Source of the DNA: an uncultured Acidobacteriota bacterium
GTDB taxonomy: Bacteria; Acidobacteriota; Thermoanaerobaculia; Multivoradales; UBA5704
Length of the DNA stretch: 64,000 nucleotides
NCBI GenBank assembly: GCA_963770895.1
Contig: CAVYRF010000002.1
Location: forward strand, 1,152,001 to 1,216,000
Reading direction: 5' to 3'
Positions within the stretch are counted from its first letter, which is position 1. Each line of letters starts with the position of its first letter. Below are positions 18,787-25,945 of this stretch, in pieces. The notes under the pieces are model-generated. The model made no database searches. It was not told where the DNA came from and saw nothing but the letters and a program-made list of their open reading frames with translations. The position numbers were made by a program, and so were the translations under genes.

Positions 18787-19152
18787 TTGGCAAATCTCAA
18801 GGAGAGCCTGGAGCGCCTGGCGAAGATCGACGGCTTCCTCGGCGGCTGCGTGGTCGACTCCAACAGCGGCATGATGCTTGGCTCCGAGGGCGGCGGCACG
18901 GCGATCGACCTGGAGGTCGCCGCCGCCGGCAACACCGAAGTGGTGCGCGCCGAGCGCAAGGCAATTGCATCCCTCAGCTTGAAGGAAACCGTCGAAGACA
19001 TGCTGATCACCCTCGGCAGGCAGTATCACCTGGTGCGGCCGGTGACGCGGCTCGACGGCCTGTTCGTCTATCTCGTTCTGGACCGGGGCCGCTCCAACCT
19101 GGCGCTCGCCCGGCACACGCTGGCCGACGTCGAGCGCCAGCTGACGCTCTGA
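18787..19152 (+). CDS. Roadblock/LC7 (MglB-like) protein
   Basis: LAKIDGFLGGCVVDSNSGMML...AAAGNTEVVRA...VEDMLITLGRQYHLVRP...NLALAR; 121 aa; AAAGGAG RBS. Confidence 0.82.
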   Translation: MANLKESLERLAKIDGFLGGCVVDSNSGMMLGSEGGGTAIDLEVAAAGNTEVVRAERKAIASLSLKETVEDMLITLGRQYHLVRPVTRLDGLFVYLVLDRGRSNLALARHTLADVERQLTL

Positions 19153-19195
19153 CGCCGCGACCCCGGCCGACGCGCTTCGCCTGAGCATCCCGAGG

Positions 19196-20785
19196 ATGGC
19201 GCTCGTCGACCCCAAGCTCGGCAACCTGGTCCTGCGGGTTGTCTACGACGGTCCCGCGTGGTCCGGCAAGACCACCAGCCTGCGCTCCCTGGCGGCCAGC
19301 CTGGGGACGCAGATCTTCTCGACCGACGGCGCCGAGGGCCGCACCATGTTCTTCGATTGGGTCGACTACACCGCCGGCCGCTTCGAGGGCATGCCCATCC
19401 GCTGCCAGATCGTCAGCGTCCCCGGCCAGCAGTCGCTCGTCGAGCGGCGCCGGCGGGTGCTGGAAACCGCCGACGTGGTGGTCTTCGTCGCCGATTCGCG
19501 GCTCGGCGCGGCAAGCGAGAACCTGCGCTCGTTCGCGCTGCTGCGCGAGATGGCGGCGACGCCGTTGCCGCCGATCCCCATCGTCACCCAGGCCAACAAG
19601 CGCGACCTGCTGCCGGTCGTGGCGCTCGACGACCTGCGCGACGCGCTGGGCGCCGGCACCATGGCGATGACCGAATCGATCGCCCAGCGCGGCGACGGCA
19701 TCCGCGAGACCTTCGTGCTGGCGGTGCGGCTGGCGCTCGACCGCGTGCGCCTGCTGTGGGCGCGGCGCGAGCTGCCCGGCTGCCCGCCGCCGGTCGACAC
19801 GCCGCAGGACCTGCTGGCGGCGCTGCACCAGGCCGAAGGCGGCCAGATCGAAACGCTGGCCGCGATCGGCATGGGGCTGGCCGACCGCCGCACCCCCGAC
19901 CCCGCCCCGTCGGAGGTGGTGGCGGCGGCACCAGGGGCGCCGGCGGTGCAGGGGGCGGAGGGGACGCCGGACGCACCGGGACGGCCGGGGGCGCCGCCGG
20001 ACGCGCCGCCGCCCGCGGCGCAGGGGGCGCCCCTGGCGCCGGACGCGAGCGTGCCGTCGGGGTTGGTGTGGCCGCCGGTGGACGGCCGCATCACGGTACA
20101 CGAAGCGTCGCGGGAGCCCGCCCGGCTGGAGCGCCGCCGCCGCGGCGATTGGGCCGGCGCCTCGGCCGGCTGGAAGCTGCTGTCGCCGCTCGAAGCGCTG
20201 TTTTTCGACATGGACGAAGGCCGCGCCGCGCTGCTGCACTGGGCGCGCTGGCACGCCGCGGCGGGGGCGCGGCTGTCGGCGCCGCGCTGCGTCGTGCTGG
20301 CGGCGGCGACACCGGCGTCGCCGACCGCCGGGCCGCAAGCCTGGCGGCTGTGGCAGGTGGTGCGCCGGCTGCCCTCGCTGCAAGACCGCGTCGGCCAGCT
20401 GTTCGCCCAGCCCGACGACATCCGCCTGGGAGAAGGCCTGGTCGCCATCGCCCAGCTGCGGCTACGCGCCGAAGAAGACCTCTGCCGCACCGGGTGGCTG
20501 CGCCGCGTGGACCTCGGCTCGCTCACCGCCGACGCCAGCGAAAGGCCGGTCTTCACCGGCTTCGTGCCCTTCCCCGCCGATCCGCCGGTGCCGCGTCAGG
20601 CCGACGGCGATGCCGGCCACGACCTGCGCCAGCTGCGCGCCGAGCTGGGCCCGCTGCTGCGCCACGAGCTGGCCCAGGCGCCGCAGCGGCTGCCCGAAGT
20701 GCTGCGCGCCCTGCAGGCCACCGCGACGCGCCGCGACCAGGCCGCCATCGCCGACACCATCAAGGCGATGCTGCTCGAAATCTGA
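19196..20785 (+). CDS. Second MglA-like small GTPase with the same C-terminal domain
   Basis: VYDGPAWSGKTT, GRTMFFD, SVPGQ, ADVVVFVADS, ANKRD; C-terminus similar to that of 12626-15055. Confidence 0.85.
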   Translation: MALVDPKLGNLVLRVVYDGPAWSGKTTSLRSLAASLGTQIFSTDGAEGRTMFFDWVDYTAGRFEGMPIRCQIVSVPGQQSLVERRRRVLETADVVVFVADSRLGAASENLRSFALLREMAATPLPPIPIVTQANKRDLLPVVALDDLRDALGAGTMAMTESIAQRGDGIRETFVLAVRLALDRVRLLWARRELPGCPPPVDTPQDLLAALHQAEGGQIETLAAIGMGLADRRTPDPAPSEVVAAAPGAPAVQGAEGTPDAPGRPGAPPDAPPPAAQGAPLAPDASVPSGLVWPPVDGRITVHEASREPARLERRRRGDWAGASAGWKLLSPLEALFFDMDEGRAALLHWARWHAAAGARLSAPRCVVLAAATPASPTAGPQAWRLWQVVRRLPSLQDRVGQLFAQPDDIRLGEGLVAIAQLRLRAEEDLCRTGWLRRVDLGSLTADASERPVFTGFVPFPADPPVPRQADGDAGHDLRQLRAELGPLLRHELAQAPQRLPEVLRALQATATRRDQAAIADTIKAMLLEI

Positions 20786-20835
20786 AGACATTGCGCCCGC
20801 CGCGGGCGCATCCCCACCTCGCTTGCGACGGTTCA

Positions 20836-20864
20836 TTGACAGGCGCTGAGGGGTGGTGTATCAA
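20836..20864 (+). promoter_or_regulatory. Possible sigma-70 promoter for the kinase-TonB gene
   Basis: TTGACA-17 nt-TATCAA; perfect -35, imperfect -10. Confidence 0.35.
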
Positions 20865-20932
20865 CGGGGGAAACACGCAGACTTGCGGTCAGCGCAGTCG
20901 TTGGATTTGGGACTGGACCAGGGGGGGACACC

Positions 20933-22909
20933 ATGAACATCCCAGAGGAATTCGGCAACTACCTGCTTCTCAAGAAATTAAGAGAGGACGCCCTGGGCGA
21001 GAGCTTCCGCGCCGGCAAGGTGGGGCAGGAGGGTATCGAACAGGTAGTCCTGCTACGGGTTTTCAACGGCCAGGGGATGGACGGCGAGCGCCTCTGGCAG
21101 CGCACGAGCGGGCGCGCCGCGCTGCAGCAGGCGCTGCGCAGCCCCAACATCGGCACCGGCGTCGACCTCGGCAAGGTGCGCAGCTTCCCGTACGCGGCCT
21201 ACGACTACGTGTCGGGCAAGAACCTGGCGACGCTGTTCGCCCAGGCGATGCGCCAGCACCAGCCGCTGCCGGTGGACCACGCCCTGCTGATCGCCGAGCG
21301 CATGGCGCTGGCGCTGGCCGCGGCCTATGAGACGCGGGTGGGGGACGAGCGGGTGCTGCACGGATTCGTGGTGCCGCACCTGGTCATGATCTCCAACGAG
21401 GGTGAAGCCCGCCTGCTGGGGTTTGAAGTCGCGCCCGGATTGCGCGAGCTGTGGTCCGGCGGCTGGCACGACGACGATCTGCGCGCGTATCTGGCACCCG
21501 AAGCCACGGCGTCGGCGGCGATCGGCAAGTCCGATGACGTGTATTCGTTGGGCGCCGTGCTGTTCGAGCTGCTGGCCGGCGAACGGTTGACGGTGATGCC
21601 GCCGGCCGGCGGCTACGCGGCGGCGATCGACGCCATGGTGCTGCCCAACGAGGGCACGCCGCTGCCGGCGGGGATCGCGGCGCTGCTCAAAAAGAGCCTG
21701 GTGCCGCGCGAGCAACGCATCCCCGACGCCCTCACCTGGCACAAAACGGTGTCCAAGCTGATGATCGAGGGGCACTACGGCTCCACCACCTTCAACCTCG
21801 CCTTCTTCATGCACAGCCTGTTCCGCGACGAAATCGACCGCGAGAACCAGGAGATGGAAGCGGAAAAGAAGCTGGAGCTGCCGCGCCGGACGGCCGGCGC
21901 CGTGGCGGCGGCAAGCGCCACCGGCGCGGTCGCCGCGGCGACCGCCGCAGCCGCCGCGGGTGCGGCAGGCGACATGCGCGAGCGCACCGGCGTGCGCGAC
22001 GCCACCTGGGCCGGCAGCGCGCGGGCGGCCGCACCGCCTCCCGCCGCCAACCGCAAACCGCTGTTCATCGGCATCGCCGTGGCCGCGGCGGCGGTGATCG
22101 CCGCCGGCAGCTGGTTTGCCTTCGGCCGTTCCAATGCGGCGCCCAAGCCGGCGATGCAGCCGGCGCCGGCCGCCGCCGCCGCCGCTCCCACCGCGGAAGA
22201 GGCAGCCCGCACCGCCGCCGCGCTGCAGGCGCAGATCCAGCAGATGATCGAAGCCCGCAGCAAGGACATGGAAAGCAAGCTGAAGGGGCAGTACGACGAC
22301 CAGATCCATCAGCTGCAACAGAAGCTTGAGGAGAGCCGCCGTGTCGCCGCGACCGAATCGGATCGCGAAAAGGCGCGCGGCGACCGGGCGGCTCCCGCCG
22401 CCGCTGCCGAAGCGGCGCAGCTGCCGGCGCCGGCCCACACCAGCGACGCGGCACCGGCACCGGCGCGCACCAATCCGGCGCCGGTCCCCGCGCCCGCTCC
22501 GGCCCGCGAAGCATCGGCGGTGCCGGCTTCCGCCGCGGCCGCGGTGCCACCTCCCGCCGCCGCGCCGGCTCCCGAGCCGGCGGCAGCCAGCCAGCCGCAG
22601 ATCCAGGTCGGCGACCTGGTGCAGGGGGGTCCAGGGGTGGTGGTCCCCAGGGTGACCTACCGTCCGGAGGTCCGCTTCCCCACCGCCGCCCGGCGCATGA
22701 ACAAGTCGGCCGAGGTGCTGGTCAGGGTGCTGGTGGACGAGCGTGGACGGGTGCAGCAGACCGCGCTGCAAAACGCTCCCGTCGGCCTGGGATTCGACGA
22801 AGCCGCCCTGGACGTGGCGCGGCGCAGCAACTACCAGCCGGCAACCAAGGATGGCGTGCGGGTCAAGATGTGGACGGTGATGAAGGTCACCTTCGTGCCG
22901 CCGGTCTGA
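20933..22909 (+). CDS. Ser/Thr-kinase-fold (probably pseudokinase) + TM + coiled coil + TonB C-terminal domain
   Basis: FGNYLLLKKL, YLAPE and DDVYSLGAVLFELL present; HGFVVP replaces HRDxKP; C-terminal VLVRVLVDERGRV...GFDEAAL...YQPATKDG is TonB_C-like. Confidence 0.8.
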   Translation: MNIPEEFGNYLLLKKLREDALGESFRAGKVGQEGIEQVVLLRVFNGQGMDGERLWQRTSGRAALQQALRSPNIGTGVDLGKVRSFPYAAYDYVSGKNLATLFAQAMRQHQPLPVDHALLIAERMALALAAAYETRVGDERVLHGFVVPHLVMISNEGEARLLGFEVAPGLRELWSGGWHDDDLRAYLAPEATASAAIGKSDDVYSLGAVLFELLAGERLTVMPPAGGYAAAIDAMVLPNEGTPLPAGIAALLKKSLVPREQRIPDALTWHKTVSKLMIEGHYGSTTFNLAFFMHSLFRDEIDRENQEMEAEKKLELPRRTAGAVAAASATGAVAAATAAAAAGAAGDMRERTGVRDATWAGSARAAAPPPAANRKPLFIGIAVAAAAVIAAGSWFAFGRSNAAPKPAMQPAPAAAAAAPTAEEAARTAAALQAQIQQMIEARSKDMESKLKGQYDDQIHQLQQKLEESRRVAATESDREKARGDRAAPAAAAEAAQLPAPAHTSDAAPAPARTNPAPVPAPAPAREASAVPASAAAAVPPPAAAPAPEPAAASQPQIQVGDLVQGGPGVVVPRVTYRPEVRFPTAARRMNKSAEVLVRVLVDERGRVQQTALQNAPVGLGFDEAALDVARRSNYQPATKDGVRVKMWTVMKVTFVPPV

Positions 22910-23071
22910 AGCGAGTGTTCCTGGCGTCCCGCCCGGCGGGGGCACCAGGAGGGAAGACTGCGGGGGGAGGAGTGCGGAGCGCGCCCTCGCGTTCAATCGC
23001 CGGGAGCGCCGGCGTCGCCGGGACCGCCGGGGCGTTGAGCACGGGGCGCGCTGCCGCCGCGAAGGCCGGCT

Positions 23072-23701
23072 CTAGAAGTCGGCCGCCTTCAGACTGGCAA
23101 CCAGCTGCTGGATGCAGGGCTTCAGGACCTTGTCGAACATCCGGTCGTCGTTGCTGACGCCGCCGCCGAAGCCGCCCACCGAAACGTTGGAGTTGGTCTC
23201 TTCCTTGCGGGCTTCGTCGGCCCACACGATCTCGCCGGTCGAGACGTTGATCAGGCGGGCATTGAGCGCCGCGACGAAGCTGCGCTTGTGGACGCCGAAG
23301 CCGGGCAGGGCGCCGATGCCGCCGCCGTGGGCGCCGGTGTCGGTCGAGCCGTACTCGGTGACCGCGCCGGTCAGGATGTAGTTCAGGCCCAGGACCTTGC
23401 CGATCTGCATCGCGGTCTTGGGGTCGATGTCGCCGCCCAGCGTCAGGCCCTTCTCCTTCATGATCTCGTTGATCTTTTCGCGCTCGACGACGACGAACTT
23501 GCGGCTCTTCACCAGCTCGGTGACGAAGATGTCCTGCGCCGCCGCGGCGCCGTTCTTGAACCACCACTGGTTGTCCGCCTTGCTGGCGAACTCGATGACG
23601 GCGATGCGCGGCTTGCTGCTGGGAGGCTGAGCCGAAACCAGAGAAGCCGTCGCGGCGAGGGCCACGACCGCACAGACGACCGAACACAATGCGCGCTTCA
23701 T
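23072..23701 (-). CDS. CsgG/HfaB family exported protein
   Basis: Signal peptide; KPRIAVIEF, FVVVERE, IGKVLG...ILTGAVTE, RLINVSTGEIV. Confidence 0.8.
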   Translation of the reverse strand: MKRALCSVVCAVVALAATASLVSAQPPSSKPRIAVIEFASKADNQWWFKNGAAAAQDIFVTELVKSRKFVVVEREKINEIMKEKGLTLGGDIDPKTAMQIGKVLGLNYILTGAVTEYGSTDTGAHGGGIGALPGFGVHKRSFVAALNARLINVSTGEIVWADEARKEETNSNVSVGGFGGGVSNDDRMFDKVLKPCIQQLVASLKAADF

Positions 23702-23836
23702 GGTAGATCTCCTAAAGGCAATGGGGTTGCTAGACCGCGCACCGCCGCTCCGCGAAGAGCGCCTGCGGTACGAGAGAGATAGCTGGAGCCGCTGATTATA
23801 CCGTGAAAACAGGCAGGCCCAGTATGCGGCCGCCCG

Positions 23837-25819
23837 TCACCGGTCCTGATTCAGGAAGCGCGATTGCGCCCCATCGGGGGCCACTTCGTCCTCGTCGTCC
23901 GCGCCGTGGGCGAACAGCGCGATGCGGATGGCATGGCCGCGGCGCGGCGACGGGCTGAGCCGGACGACCTCGCCGTAGTTGGCGACAACCCACGACAGCA
24001 GGCTCCAACCGTACCGCCGTCCGCCAAAATGGCCGACGCCGTATTCGTGCATGGGGCGCTGGACCAGGGCGATGTAGTCGGGAGGGTGCGACTGCAGGCC
24101 GGTCAGGACCGCGGCGTCGCCGCCGTAGGTCGTCAGGTCGAAAGGGGTGAAGGCGCTCCACGGAGTCGGGTTGGGGCAGCGCAACTGGTAGTTGAGCATG
24201 GCCCCCTCGGGCATCACCAGCAGGGAAGAGCCGGGGCGCAGCAGCGGTCGCAGCTCGTCTTCCGCCGCCTCCAGGGTGGCGGCGGTGGGATCGAGCGCCG
24301 GCGGATAGCTCAGGATCGCATCGCCGCCGGTGCCCAGCTGGAAGCTCTTGCGCTCCAGGTAGCTGTCGGAAACGGTCGCGTGGGCCCACAGGCCCGCGAC
24401 CACCAGGCCCAGCATCGCCGCCCGAAAGACGTCGCCTGGCAGCCGCACCCCCCAGGCGCCGGGGCGCAGCACGAAAGCCACGGCCAGCATCAGCGCCGGC
24501 GCCGCATGCACGAACCCGTAGTGCGAGAGCTGCGAATCGAGCACCACCTTCATCAGCATGGCGAGGGAAAACGCCGCCCACATGCTGACCATGGCAGCCT
24601 GGCGGGCCGCCGGCAGGTCCACCGCGCGCACCGCCCGCACCACGCCCCAGACGAGCAGGATGCCGGTGACCAGCGGCAGCGGGCGAGGCAGGTCCTCCCA
24701 GGGGATGTCCAGCAGGCAGCCGGCAGCCAGGGCGGCGGCGCCGACCAGCACGACCAGGCCCACGCGCCACCGGCGCACCCGCGACAGCAGCAAGTCGAGC
24801 AGCAGCGCGCCCACCAGCGCGCCGGCCCAGGCCAGCGCCATGTCGCGCAACGCCTTCAGGTTGTCCCGAGCATCGTTGAGCCCGGCCACCTCGCGGTAGA
24901 AGTGATCGCCGCGGCCGATCGCGTCCCAGGCCAGGCCGGCATTGGTGGCCAGCCCCGCCGCCGCCCGCGCCGGGCCGATCACCCAGCCAAGAATGGCGAA
25001 CGCCGCCAGCACCGGCAGCAGCACCGCACCGCCAAACAGCGCCAGCTCGCCGCCCGCCCGCCGCCAGGACGGCCGGCGACGCTCCCAACAGAGCAGCACC
25101 AGCAGCGCCACGCCGCCCAGCGCCGCCACCGCGATCTCGACCTTGGTGAGCAGCGCCAGGCCGATCAGCAGGCCGGCCACGGCGAGCGCGCGGCGAGACT
25201 GGCGCGAAGCATAGGCGGTCATGGCACACATCGCGCCGATCGCCAGCGCCACGCCATGGGTCGCCTCGTGCGTATAGGGTGAGACAAAGTTCCAGTTGCC
25301 GCGCCACGACAGGTGCGAAAAACCCGACGCCACCAGAAACGTGAGACCGGCGAGAAACGCCGGCAACCTGCCGCAGGCGCGCAGAAAGAACACGTGCAGA
25401 ACGACCGTCGCCGCCGCCAGCAGCACCAGGTTGGCGACCATCAACGTCGTATACGACACCCCGAAGCAGTGAAACAGCAGCGCGTTCCAGTATTGGGAGA
25501 GCGGCCCGAACTTCCACGCGATGTCCGCATACAGGTGCCGCCCTTGCGCCAGCTGCCAGGGGGTGTACAGCTGCGCGCCAAAGTCCACCAGCACGTCCGG
25601 CCACCGCCGCCAGCCGCGCACCGCCATCACCGCAAACACCACCGCCAGACCGGCCAGGCTCAATCCCTCGGCGCGCCAGCTGCTGCCGGCAGGAACCGCC
25701 CGGAAGGCGCCCCCGGCCGCCGGCGACAGGAACGCAGCGGCCGCTTCCGCCGATGGCGGCTCGACAAAAACCGCCTCCTCGGGGTCCGGTTCGACGCGCG
25801 CTGGGTCCGGGGCGAGCAC
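23837..25819 (-). CDS. Polytopic membrane protein, probable GT-C glycosyltransferase (start uncertain)
   Basis: Many TM helices; VDFGAQLY...LYADIAWKFGPLS; LLTKVE. Confidence 0.65.
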   Translation of the reverse strand: MLAPDPARVEPDPEEAVFVEPPSAEAAAAFLSPAAGGAFRAVPAGSSWRAEGLSLAGLAVVFAVMAVRGWRRWPDVLVDFGAQLYTPWQLAQGRHLYADIAWKFGPLSQYWNALLFHCFGVSYTTLMVANLVLLAAATVVLHVFFLRACGRLPAFLAGLTFLVASGFSHLSWRGNWNFVSPYTHEATHGVALAIGAMCAMTAYASRQSRRALAVAGLLIGLALLTKVEIAVAALGGVALLVLLCWERRRPSWRRAGGELALFGGAVLLPVLAAFAILGWVIGPARAAAGLATNAGLAWDAIGRGDHFYREVAGLNDARDNLKALRDMALAWAGALVGALLLDLLLSRVRRWRVGLVVLVGAAALAAGCLLDIPWEDLPRPLPLVTGILLVWGVVRAVRAVDLPAARQAAMVSMWAAFSLAMLMKVVLDSQLSHYGFVHAAPALMLAVAFVLRPGAWGVRLPGDVFRAAMLGLVVAGLWAHATVSDSYLERKSFQLGTGGDAILSYPPALDPTAATLEAAEDELRPLLRPGSSLLVMPEGAMLNYQLRCPNPTPWSAFTPFDLTTYGGDAAVLTGLQSHPPDYIALVQRPMHEYGVGHFGGRRYGWSLLSWVVANYGEVVRLSPSPRRGHAIRIALFAHGADDEDEVAPDGAQSRFLNQDR

Positions 25820-25945
25820 GCCGCCAGGCTACCGGCCCCTCGCTAAAGCAGCCACAAAGACACCAACGGCCTCCACAAAGAAATCGCAAGGCATTTGTCG
25901 TTTTGGCGTAGCTGTATACTTACCCGCACCCTCTGGAGGGAGCCC

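Noticed and set aside
17659-20785. Streptomyces-type conservon (cvnABCD)
   Set aside because: Roadblock and GTPase are present, but there is no CvnA histidine kinase or DUF742 gene, and the GTPase motifs are MglA-type (VPGQ, RTxxFD)
6531-20830. Hydrogenase locus as a mobile element
   Set aside because: No integrase, transposase, tRNA target or flanking direct repeats found; composition similar to the flanks
22915-22960. Hairpin between the convergent TonB-fusion and csgG-like genes as a rho-independent terminator
   Set aside because: Imperfect GC stem without a U-tract on either strand; not distinguishable from background
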